Notes under the pieces: generated by a model
The model's database searches: none
What the model saw: the letters and a program-made list of their open reading frames with translations, nothing else
What the model was told of the DNA's origin: nothing
Made by a program: the position numbers and the translations under genes
In this document: piece by piece, positions 1-8,506 of the stretch
Layout: the number at the start of each line of letters is the position of its first letter
Position numbering within the stretch: position 1 is the first letter of the stretch
NCBI GenBank assembly: GCA_903878475.1
Contig: CAIRHQ010000004.1
Span: 3,477-67,476 of the forward strand
Reading direction: 5' to 3'
DNA length: 64,000 nt
Source: an uncultured Bacteroidota bacterium
GTDB taxonomy: Bacteria; Bacteroidota; Bacteroidia; Chitinophagales; Chitinophagaceae

Positions 1-7
1 ACTGTTA

Positions 8-823
8 TTATTTTTTCCCCTCCATAAAACCCAATTGCTTGAGTATTGCTTTGCTGATGTCCATCCGCACTTTACTGATATCCGTTCCGGGATGGGTGGA
101 TCTTACAAACGTAACAAAGAAATATACATGCCTGTTCTCTTCAATCCAACCGGTTACCCAGCCAATATCGTGCTGGTTGTCATCTGCGCCCCAACCGGTT
201 TTGTAACTGAGTTTATAAGCACTATTATCTTCCTGCAGCATCAAATCCCGAACGGCCTGTTGCACTGTTTTACGAAAAGGAAGCTGATCAAAATATAATC
301 TTTTAACCAGGCCTAGTTGTTCATCAGGCGAAATTTTGAGCTTCCCGTTCAGCCAGAAAGAATCAATTGGGCCATTAATATTTTTATTGCCATAACCAAT
401 ACTATCGATCCATTGTTTCAGGGTGTCTTTTCCAATACGCCTGGCTACTTCCTGAAAATATGGAACACAGCTTTGTTTGAATGCTGTGGTCAGATCCATA
501 TCCTGATTCCAGGCTTCCACAGGCCTTTTGATGCCATCCCACCGGATCACCATTTTCTCATCGATGATCCTTCCGGTCTGTAACCCTACCAGGGCGTTTA
601 CAATTTTAAAAGTAGAAGCGGGAGAAAACCGCTGGGTATCTAATTCCATATTGTACACCGTGATCTCACCACTGGCGTTATTGAGCAGGGTAAAACATCC
701 CTCTACCTGATTTTCATCAAAATATTTTTTCAGGCTATCGTCGTTCTTTGCCTTGTTCACCTGGCAAGAGAAAAAGATCAATGAAGCGGAAAGGAGTAAT
801 AAAGAGGCAATTATTTTTTTCAT
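8..823 (-). CDS. blaOXA: Class D (OXA-type) beta-lactamase, predicted lipoprotein
   Basis: Motifs STFK, SCV, YGN, FWL and KTG present in the expected order; signal peptide ending FFSC (lipobox). Confidence 0.9.
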   Translation of the reverse strand: MKKIIASLLLLSASLIFFSCQVNKAKNDDSLKKYFDENQVEGCFTLLNNASGEITVYNMELDTQRFSPASTFKIVNALVGLQTGRIIDEKMVIRWDGIKRPVEAWNQDMDLTTAFKQSCVPYFQEVARRIGKDTLKQWIDSIGYGNKNINGPIDSFWLNGKLKISPDEQLGLVKRLYFDQLPFRKTVQQAVRDLMLQEDNSAYKLSYKTGWGADDNQHDIGWVTGWIEENRHVYFFVTFVRSTHPGTDISKVRMDISKAILKQLGFMEGKK

Positions 824-867
824 GACAGGATTGATTATTGTATTGGAACGGCCTTGGACCGGCTATA

Positions 868-1458
868 TTATTTTTTTGCGTTTATCCCCATATGTTTTGC
901 GGTAGCATCCAGGGCATCATAGAATTTTTGTCCGAATTTACGCACCAGTGCATCTTTCAAAAAAACATATACCGGCACTTTCAATTTTTTTCCCAGCGAG
1001 CAGGCGGCTTTGCAATTATCTTCCCGGGGTTCGTAATTGAGGTATTCGGTTTCGTTGAGTTTACTTTTTTTTGCGATGGCTGGAAACAGGTGACAACTGA
1101 TGGGCTTTTTCCATTTGATCTTTCCGTCTAGATAAGCTTGTTCGATGCCGCATTTTACAATACCCGAGGGGTCGGTGATGCCATACACGCAGATACGACT
1201 ATTGATGGTGGGGGTTACCCAGCCAAATTCCTTATCATACACATAGCGTCCTTGTCGTTCAAGTTCTTTAATGCTAGCGGGTTCCAGATAGGGCAACACT
1301 TTATCAAACACAGCGTTGATCTTGTCCAGTTCCTCTTTGGCTAATGGTGCTCCGGCATCGCCATCCACACAACAAGCTCCTTTGCAGGCTGAAAGGTCGC
1401 ACACGAATTGTGCTTTCACCATCTCATCACTGACCAATACGTTATCAATTGCGATCAT
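868..1458 (-). CDS. DUF3109 family Cys-rich protein
   Basis: FVCDLSACKGACCVDGDAGAPL and KPISCHLFP family pattern. ATG at 1458 (MIAID) chosen because the track's TTG start lies inside a TAACTTTG promoter. Confidence 0.8.
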   Translation of the reverse strand: MIAIDNVLVSDEMVKAQFVCDLSACKGACCVDGDAGAPLAKEELDKINAVFDKVLPYLEPASIKELERQGRYVYDKEFGWVTPTINSRICVYGITDPSGIVKCGIEQAYLDGKIKWKKPISCHLFPAIAKKSKLNETEYLNYEPREDNCKAACSLGKKLKVPVYVFLKDALVRKFGQKFYDALDATAKHMGINAKK

Positions 1459-1464
1459 AGGGGG

Positions 1465-1472
1465 CAAAGTTA
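1465..1472 (-). promoter_or_regulatory. Bacteroidota -7 promoter element TAACTTTG (DUF3109 gene)
   Basis: Exact TAnnTTTG on the minus strand, 6 nt upstream of the ATG. Confidence 0.6.
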
Positions 1473-1547
1473 AAGTATTCGAATAAAGTGAGGAATGATT
1501 GTTTTACTCCTGAAGCAAAACATGATGAAATACAAAACAGAGAAAGA

Positions 1548-2222
1548 TTATTGATGCCCGGTCCACTTGAAGGTATTGATCAGGTGTTCAATATCGGTTT
1601 GCAGAAAATCCTGTACCGGCCGTAAAGAATCAACATTGGGGGTTACGTCGAAATAGAGGGCTCCGCGGATGAAATTCTTTGTGGTATCGCTTAGGAAGAA
1701 TTGTTTGGCGGTGGCTGCATTGCCGCCCACTTTAAAGAATACGCCGGTAAGTCCGTTGGGCGTATGCATCAGGCTGTCTTTTATAGAACTGGCCACTGAT
1801 TCATTTTTATTGGTGAGTTTGAATGCATCATCCACCATTTTATCAAAAACATTGATGCCTAAAGAATCTTTATAGGTGCCATCGGGCATTTTTATTTTAT
1901 AGGTAGCGGATCCACCAATGATCTTATAGCTTAAGAATATTCGGCCGCCGAATTGCGGAAAATCAATATTGATCCAGTAGGGGTTTTCGGGATTGCTGTC
2001 GAAGAAAGTGCTGTCTTTGATCACCTGGGCATAAGCAGGATACTCGAAACTATAGGGAAAATCCTTATTGTCAAATTGTACATATTTACGTTCCGGAAAA
2101 TCGACCTTAAAATAACCCGTTCTTTTTGAGGCATAATTGGAATTACAGGAAAATAATGCTGCAAAACAAAGCAGCATACAAAAAAAGGAAGCTATTCGAA
2201 TAATAGAGCTAACAAAAGGCAT
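1548..2222 (-). CDS. gldD: Gliding motility lipoprotein GldD
   Basis: Lipobox LFSC, GYFKVDFP, YSFEYP, GNAATAKQFFLSD, GALYF and PNVDSLRP; directly downstream of gldE. Confidence 0.88.
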   Translation of the reverse strand: MPFVSSIIRIASFFCMLLCFAALFSCNSNYASKRTGYFKVDFPERKYVQFDNKDFPYSFEYPAYAQVIKDSTFFDSNPENPYWINIDFPQFGGRIFLSYKIIGGSATYKIKMPDGTYKDSLGINVFDKMVDDAFKLTNKNESVASSIKDSLMHTPNGLTGVFFKVGGNAATAKQFFLSDTTKNFIRGALYFDVTPNVDSLRPVQDFLQTDIEHLINTFKWTGHQ

Positions 2223-2234
2223 GGGCTGAGTGGG

Positions 2235-3569
2235 TTAAAGTTGTTTGATGACTATTTTCACTTTGTCGATCCTGTTTTTATTGATGGCCAGGGGAATAAA
2301 GGTAAAATCGCCGCTCACCACAGCTTCTTCAATCTGTGGAAATTCTCCGGCGATCTCAAGCACCAGTCCGGCAAGTGAATCACTATCGCCCCGGATGCCA
2401 TCAAAAGTATCTTTCGGCAATTGCATTTGTTTACATACATCATTGATCATCGTCCTGCCTTCAAAAATATAGGTATGGTCATCAATTTTTTTATTGCTGC
2501 TTTCTTCGTCATCGAATTCATCCTTGATCTCTCCAATAATTTCTTCCATCACATCTTCCAGGGTAACAATGCCTGAAGTACCACCAAATTCATCTACCAC
2601 AACGGCAAAGTGTATACGCCTGTTCCTGAATTCCTGTAAAAGATCTTCAATGAGTTTTTGTTCGTGTACAAAATAGGGTTGGCGCATGAGGGCATGCCAG
2701 TCGTAGTCGGCCCCTTCATCCAGGTGCGGAAGCATGTCCTTGGTATGCAGAATACCCACTACTTCATCAAGACTGCTCCGGTAAACGGGTAGCCGTGAAT
2801 AATGGAGGGCTTCTACTTTCTTTACGGTATCAGAAAAATTATAACTAAAATCGATGCCGCTTACATCGAGCCGGGTCCGCATTACCTGCTTTACGGTGGT
2901 ATCGCCAAATTTCCGGATCCCTTTTAAGATCTGTTTTTCTTCGCTGGTGGCTTCATGATCGGGCAGCAGGTCAATGGCATAATCGAGGTGGGTACTATCC
3001 ATTGTGGATGAATTCTCGGAGGAGAATTTTTTCTCGATCTTATCACTATACCTGACCATTCTTTTGCTGAACCGGTAAAAGAGGCTGTTAAATATTTCTA
3101 CCGCCAGGGAGGCTGTTGCAGCAAACCAGATCTTATGATGGGTGGCCCATACTTTCGGGAGTACTTCACCAAACAGCAGCAACAAAAAGCTGACGGCACC
3201 TACCTTGATCAGGAATACCGGCCAGAACTGCAGGTTGAAACTACTGATCCAACTATCGATCAGGATATTTGAAATTAAGATGATGCCGATATTGACAAAA
3301 CTGTTGGTGATGAGCATGGCGGCCAACAGTGTTTTGGGTTGATCAAGCAAACTCACTATCCGTCTGTATGCTGGTTTCTGCTTGGTCTTCAGCATGTTCA
3401 GGTCTTTGTAAGTAAGCGAAAAAAAAGCTACTTCTGAACCAGCGAATAAGAAAGAGAGGCAAAAAAGCAACACTATCAGAAAGATAAGTACAGTGGTAGC
3501 AGCAGGCGTGATGGCCAAAACAGAAAATGTGGGAAGCACAAAAAAATCTACAGCCGAATGATAATCCAA
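2235..3569 (-). CDS. gldE: Gliding motility-associated CBS/CorC-HlyC membrane protein GldE
   Basis: DUF21-type N-terminus (AGSEVAFFSL, FGEVLPK), tandem CBS domains (VVDEFGGTSGIVTLED), C-terminal CorC domain; ssb-gldE-gldD synteny. Confidence 0.88.
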   Translation of the reverse strand: MDYHSAVDFFVLPTFSVLAITPAATTVLIFLIVLLFCLSFLFAGSEVAFFSLTYKDLNMLKTKQKPAYRRIVSLLDQPKTLLAAMLITNSFVNIGIILISNILIDSWISSFNLQFWPVFLIKVGAVSFLLLLFGEVLPKVWATHHKIWFAATASLAVEIFNSLFYRFSKRMVRYSDKIEKKFSSENSSTMDSTHLDYAIDLLPDHEATSEEKQILKGIRKFGDTTVKQVMRTRLDVSGIDFSYNFSDTVKKVEALHYSRLPVYRSSLDEVVGILHTKDMLPHLDEGADYDWHALMRQPYFVHEQKLIEDLLQEFRNRRIHFAVVVDEFGGTSGIVTLEDVMEEIIGEIKDEFDDEESSNKKIDDHTYIFEGRTMINDVCKQMQLPKDTFDGIRGDSDSLAGLVLEIAGEFPQIEEAVVSGDFTFIPLAINKNRIDKVKIVIKQL

Positions 3570-3629
3570 AACAAATGATTTATGTAAAAAATGCTACCCT
3601 ACTTACAGCAGAGTGTTCCTGAATTTATT

Positions 3630-4058
3630 TTAATGCTCAGATTGCAATTGATCATTTCCTTCATCAACAGGGGGATTCCCATTTCCTTCAATTCCCTCAT
3701 TACCCTGTATTGTTTGTCCCCCATCGGTTCGTTTATCCAGCATGATGAGGTTGTCTCCTACAATTTCAGTGGCAAACTTTTTATGCCCCTCCTTATCTTC
3801 CCAGCTGCGTGTCTTCAGGTGTCCTTCAACATATACTAAACTTCCCTTGTGCAGGTATTTCTGAGCCAGTTCTGCTAGTCCACGCCACAACACCACCGTA
3901 TGCCATTCGGTTTGTGCGATCAGTTTGCCGGTTCGGTCCTTATACGATTCGGTAGTGGCCAATGAAAACTTAGCCACCGGGATATTTCCTTCCAATAATT
4001 GAATATCCGGATCCTTTCCCAAATTGCCGATCAGCATTACCCTGTTTACGCCTCTCAT
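3630..4058 (-). CDS. ssb: Single-stranded DNA-binding protein
   Basis: VNRVMLIGNLGKDP, TEWHTVVLW and KGSLVYVEG OB-fold signatures. Confidence 0.95.
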   Translation of the reverse strand: MRGVNRVMLIGNLGKDPDIQLLEGNIPVAKFSLATTESYKDRTGKLIAQTEWHTVVLWRGLAELAQKYLHKGSLVYVEGHLKTRSWEDKEGHKKFATEIVGDNLIMLDKRTDGGQTIQGNEGIEGNGNPPVDEGNDQLQSEH

Positions 4059-4140
4059 AAATTGTTATTTTAGATCAGTGTATTATTGGCCTGTATCGCG
4101 TTGTAACAAATTTAAAGATACATTTTTATTGAGCAAAAGG

Positions 4141-5202
4141 CTAAATCCTGTTTTCGGCCAGATATCCGGAAATCAGGCGCGGGAAGGGCAATTTATCAAT
4201 GGTTTTCAAGGATACTTGCTCATAGCCTTTTATGGTCATGGGGGTATTGGTATGCACTTCAATGAATTGCCCATGGATCTGCTGGTGGGTAAGCTGCTGC
4301 CGTATTTTTTGGGAAAATGCCGCCTTCGCCGGATCCAGCTGCCCGAATATTTTCTTAACGGCCGATAGTTTCCAAACTGCCGGAGGGGTATATTCCTTTT
4401 CAGTTTCCACCAATACAAATTCATATAGATTTTCCCAAATATCTCCCAGGCCCCGCTTCCTCACCCATATCTTCCCCCTATGTTTAATGATAAAATAATA
4501 TAGCCATCGTTGCTTCCTTTCCAATCGCTTAGCCTTTACCGGTAGTTGGTGAACTGTTTGTTGCAAAAAGGCAACACAATGCCGGTTAAGGGGGCAATCT
4601 GCACAATCAGGATTACGGGGCTTACATATTACGGCACCAAGGTCCATGATGGCCTGGTTATAGATACCGGGCTTTTGTTTATCCAGTAATTCATTGGCCA
4701 GTGTAGCAAAATATTGTTTCCCTGCGGGTTCGTCGATTGCTGTGGAGATCCCAAAATAACGCGACAGTACCCTGTACACATTTCCGTCGATCACGGCATA
4801 GGGCAGATTAAATGCAAAAGAGGCAATGGCCGCAGCGGTGTAGTTGCCGATTCCTTTTAAGGCCAATAGTTGTTCATATTGATTGGGAAATTTACCTGCA
4901 TAATTTTTGCTGATGAACTTTGCTGTATGGATCAAATTTTTACAGCGGGAATAATACCCCAAACCTTCCCACATTTTAAAAACTTTAGTTTCTGGAGCCT
5001 TCGCTAATTTTTGTATGGTTGGGAAAACTGTTATGAAACGTTGGTAATAATCCCAGCCCTGTTCCACCCGGGTTTGTTGTAAAATGATCTCACTGAGCCA
5101 GATCTTATAGGGGTCCGGTTCCCCTTTCCAGGGCATTTCCCTGGTATTGTACTGATCATTCCATTTTAAGAGAGATCGGGTAAAAAAATGATGCGCATTC
5201 AT
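4141..5202 (-). CDS. mutY: A/G-specific adenine glycosylase
   Basis: WLSEIILQQT, WEGLGYYSR, HhH motif LKGIGNYTA, DGNVYRV and 4Fe-4S motif CKPRNPDCADCPLNRHC. Confidence 0.95.
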   Translation of the reverse strand: MNAHHFFTRSLLKWNDQYNTREMPWKGEPDPYKIWLSEIILQQTRVEQGWDYYQRFITVFPTIQKLAKAPETKVFKMWEGLGYYSRCKNLIHTAKFISKNYAGKFPNQYEQLLALKGIGNYTAAAIASFAFNLPYAVIDGNVYRVLSRYFGISTAIDEPAGKQYFATLANELLDKQKPGIYNQAIMDLGAVICKPRNPDCADCPLNRHCVAFLQQTVHQLPVKAKRLERKQRWLYYFIIKHRGKIWVRKRGLGDIWENLYEFVLVETEKEYTPPAVWKLSAVKKIFGQLDPAKAAFSQKIRQQLTHQQIHGQFIEVHTNTPMTIKGYEQVSLKTIDKLPFPRLISGYLAENRI

Positions 5203-5406
5203 TTTTGGTTCAGATATCCTTTTTCAGGTTCTTAATTAATTACGTAATTTATTTATAGTAATATGTAAATCAACATTTTATAAAGCAGATATTCCTGCAG
5301 GATCAGATTTTTTTTCACAAAGTAATTGATAATCATGAACTTGTTTGGAAAATTCAACAATTTTGTTGTACTTTTCTTATTAGAATTCACCCTAAAAATA
5401 TATGAT

Positions 5407-5730
5407 ATGAGAAAAGCCGACCTTATCAATCAAATTTCCGACAAAACTGGCATTCCAAAAGTAGATGTTTTGGTTACTTTGGAAACAATGTTCAAATCTG
5501 TAAAGAGTGCATTGTCAAACGGTGAAAACATTTACATCAGAGGGTTTGGAAGTTTCATCACCAAGAAAAGAGCTGCAAAAATCGGGCGCAATATCAAGAA
5601 GAATGTTGCGGTTGAAATTCCCGAACATTTTATTCCTGCCTTTAAGCCGGCGAAAGAATTCATGCTGGAAATAAAATCCTCAAAAAATATTAAAGAGACG
5701 CCGGAAATAGATGATGAAAGCGAAGACTAA
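5407..5730 (+). CDS. hup: HU/IHF family DNA-binding protein
   Basis: MRKADLI, IYIRGFGSF, GRNI and PAFKPAK; start placed at ATG 5407 rather than the track's 5326; acidic C-terminal tail. Confidence 0.92.
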   Translation: MRKADLINQISDKTGIPKVDVLVTLETMFKSVKSALSNGENIYIRGFGSFITKKRAAKIGRNIKKNVAVEIPEHFIPAFKPAKEFMLEIKSSKNIKETPEIDDESED

Positions 5731-5732
5731 CG

Positions 5733-5740
5733 TACCTTTG
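5733..5740 (+). promoter_or_regulatory. -7 promoter element TACCTTTG upstream of the TPR gene
   Basis: Exact TAnnTTTG match between HU and the TPR gene. Confidence 0.55.
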
Positions 5741-5773
5741 CCGACCCGCCACTAAAAAACGGGGATATTTCCG

Positions 5774-6622
5774 GTGAAGAAACAATTGATATTAATAGGC
5801 TGCGGACTAGTACTGGTAATCGCACTATTTAAATTCGGGCAAACGGTTGTTCCCAAAAGCAACACTGGAATGCCTGCTCCTACTACTGCCCGAAGCACAT
5901 TCAACATTGATCAATTCATAACAAAGGCGAAACTTTCACTTACGCCTTCCCAGACGCTTGCACTCGGGAAACTGGAGAACAGTGTAAAAAGGGGTGATGT
6001 GAATACCCAATTAGTTGCCGCCAACACCCAACTGGCCAATTTCTGGAAAGACAGTCTACATTCCTTTGAACCCTATGCTTTTTACCTCTCGGAAGCAGCT
6101 AAATTGGATAAGTCAGAAAAAAACCTCACCTTTGCTGCCCAATTGATTTTAGCCGACCTCCGGGGAGAGACGGATGAAGCTAAATTAAACTGGAAAGCGG
6201 CAGAGGCCATCGACCTGTTTGAAAGAGCCATTGCTCTTAATCCTGAGAACGATGACCTGAAGATCGGATTAGGAAGTTGCTACGTGTTTGGGAAAGGAAG
6301 ATTCGGGGGTCCGGAAGAGACCATGAAAGGCATACAACAGTTGCTGGCCGTGGTTCACAAGGATTCAACGAATATGAAAGCGCAACTGGCACTGGGCGTT
6401 GGAGGATTCGTTTCGGGGCAATATGACAAGGCTTTGGAGCGTCTTCAAAGAGTGGTAAAAGCACAGCCTGATAATGCCGAAGCCGTGACCTATCTGGCCC
6501 AGACCTTTGAAGCAAAGGGCGATCTGGTAAATGCCAGAAAATGGTTCGAAATAAGCAAAAGACTGGTCAATGACCTGCAGTACAGCAAGGAAATTGATGA
6601 CCATTTAAGTCAGATGCGCTGA
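5774..6622 (+). CDS. Tetratricopeptide repeat protein with N-terminal membrane anchor
   Basis: Hydrophobic N-terminus; TPR-like helices (AIDLFERAIALNPEND, ALERLQRVVKAQPDNAEA). Confidence 0.8.
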   Translation: MKKQLILIGCGLVLVIALFKFGQTVVPKSNTGMPAPTTARSTFNIDQFITKAKLSLTPSQTLALGKLENSVKRGDVNTQLVAANTQLANFWKDSLHSFEPYAFYLSEAAKLDKSEKNLTFAAQLILADLRGETDEAKLNWKAAEAIDLFERAIALNPENDDLKIGLGSCYVFGKGRFGGPEETMKGIQQLLAVVHKDSTNMKAQLALGVGGFVSGQYDKALERLQRVVKAQPDNAEAVTYLAQTFEAKGDLVNARKWFEISKRLVNDLQYSKEIDDHLSQMR

Positions 6623-6681
6623 GATAAAAATTGAAAACAAGCTATTTTAAATAATTATTTTAAACACAAAAAAGACTAGAT

Positions 6682-6771
6682 ATGCCTTGTGGTAAAAAAA
6701 GAAAACGTCATAAAATTGCTACACACAAGCGTAAAAAACGTTTAAGAAAGAACCGTCATAAGAAGAAGTAA
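6682..6771 (+). CDS. Small basic 30S ribosomal protein bS22 (29 aa; below the ORF track cutoff)
   Basis: Hand translation MPCGKKRKRHKIATHKRKKRLRKNRHKKK*; matches the Bacteroidota bS22 / mS38-like pattern as I know it; AT-rich leader. Confidence 0.85.
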   Translation: MPCGKKRKRHKIATHKRKKRLRKNRHKKK

Positions 6772-6906
6772 GCTTTTTCTTGTCGGTATGGGGTATCTTC
6801 TACCCTATTCACATTATCAGCATTGATCACTGTTACTTAGTGTATAGTGATCAATGCCGTGTATGTTTTCGTTCCATGATGTAATGGTCTTTCCAAATCA
6901 TTTCAC

Positions 6907-8457
6907 TTGACCAAGGAACTCATCATCAATGTTGCACCACAGGGTGTTGAAATAGCCCTGCTGGAAGATAAAAAACTGGTAGAGTTGCATAGCGAAAAAG
7001 CTGATGCAAGCTTTGGCGTAGGAGATCTTTACCTCGGTAAAGTGAAAAAACTTATTCCCGGACTGAATGCTGCCTTCATTGATGTAGGTTTTGAAAAAGA
7101 TGCTTTTCTGCATTATACCGACCTCAGTCCCTACGTACGTTCCATCTTAAAATTTACACAAGAAGCCATCCACGATAATTCTGAACAGGGTTCCGATTTT
7201 ACAAAATTCAAGGTAGAACCGGAGATCATTAAGACCGGTAAGATCGCCGAAGTACTCAATGGCCGGCCCAATGTACTGGTACAGATCCTGAAAGAACCTA
7301 TCGCTGCAAAAGGACCCCGGTTAAGCTGCGAACTGTCGCTCCCCGGAAGATTTGTAGTGGTTACCCCATTCAACGATATCATCGCCATTTCCCGAAAAAT
7401 TCATTCTTCAGAAGAAAGAAAGAGACTGCATAAGATCATTGAAGCGATCAAACCTAAGAACCTGGGTGTGATCGTTAGAACAGCTGCTGAAGGCAAACAC
7501 ACTGCAGAGCTACACGAAGACCTGTTGAGCCTGGTAGCTACCTGGAAAACCATTCAAACCAACTTGAAAGGTGCCATTCCTCCAACCAAAATATTAAGCG
7601 AACAGGGGAAGACCACCAGCATTTTAAGAGACCTGTTGAATGAAGACTTTAACAGGATCGTAGTGAATGATAAAAATATTTACAGCGACACCAAGACCTA
7701 TATTCAACGTATTGCTCCGGAAAAAACAGAGATCGTTTCCTTTTATAATAACGGCTCTCCTATTTTCGACAGCTTTGGCATCACCAAACAAGTGAAGGCC
7801 GCTTTTGGCAAAACGGTAAACCTTCCTAGTGGCGCCTATCTCATCATTGAACATACAGAAGCCCTGCATGTGATCGATGTGAATAGCGGATATAAAAGTG
7901 TAAGCAATAACCAGGAACAGAATGCCCTGGAAACAAACCTGGAAGCAGCAGAAGAGATTGCCCGTCAACTTCGCCTGCGCGACCTGGGTGGAATCATCGT
8001 GGTTGATTTCATTGATATGAAACTGGCCGACAATAAGAAGCGTCTTGCCGATGCCATGGATCAGTACATGCGTACCGACCGGGCCAAGCATGCCGTACTG
8101 GCCATCAGTAAATTCGGATTGATGCAGATCACCCGCCAGCGCATGAAGCCGGAAATGAATATCAATACCAGTGAAATTTGTCCGAGTTGTAATGGTACCG
8201 GTAAAATATCATCCACCCTTATCCTCGAAGATGAGATAGAAAAGAACCTCAGCTACCTGATCATGCAAAAGCATAAAGGACTTACCATTGAGGTTCATCC
8301 TATATTGTTTGCCTACCTCACCAAGGGTATCTTCTTTTCGCGCTTAAGCAAATGGCGCCGCAAGTACAAGCAAAAAATTAAACTGAAAGAAAATTCTACT
8401 TATCACCTTACCGAATTCCATTTCTTCGACGATAGTGATGAAGCCATCAAATTATAA
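6907..8457 (+). CDS. rng: Rne/Rng family ribonuclease (RNase G-like)
   Basis: S1 domain (GDLYLGKVKKLIPGLNAAFID), IDVNSG, LRLRDLGGIIVVDFIDM and CPSCNGTG Zn-link. Confidence 0.93.
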   Translation: MTKELIINVAPQGVEIALLEDKKLVELHSEKADASFGVGDLYLGKVKKLIPGLNAAFIDVGFEKDAFLHYTDLSPYVRSILKFTQEAIHDNSEQGSDFTKFKVEPEIIKTGKIAEVLNGRPNVLVQILKEPIAAKGPRLSCELSLPGRFVVVTPFNDIIAISRKIHSSEERKRLHKIIEAIKPKNLGVIVRTAAEGKHTAELHEDLLSLVATWKTIQTNLKGAIPPTKILSEQGKTTSILRDLLNEDFNRIVVNDKNIYSDTKTYIQRIAPEKTEIVSFYNNGSPIFDSFGITKQVKAAFGKTVNLPSGAYLIIEHTEALHVIDVNSGYKSVSNNQEQNALETNLEAAEEIARQLRLRDLGGIIVVDFIDMKLADNKKRLADAMDQYMRTDRAKHAVLAISKFGLMQITRQRMKPEMNINTSEICPSCNGTGKISSTLILEDEIEKNLSYLIMQKHKGLTIEVHPILFAYLTKGIFFSRLSKWRRKYKQKIKLKENSTYHLTEFHFFDDSDEAIKL

Positions 8458-8492
8458 AAAAAATCCCCTTGAAAATTCAAGGGGATTTTTTT
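8456..8492. terminator. Bidirectional intrinsic terminator between rng and tig
   Basis: AAAAAAATCCCCTTG-loop-CAAGGGGATTTTTTT between convergent genes. Confidence 0.85.
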
Positions 8493-8506
8493 ATGTCTGT
8501 TATTTT

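Noticed and set aside
5326-5406. N-terminal extension of HU given by the ORF track
   Set aside because: AT-rich promoter-like sequence; the family start MRKADLI is at 5407.
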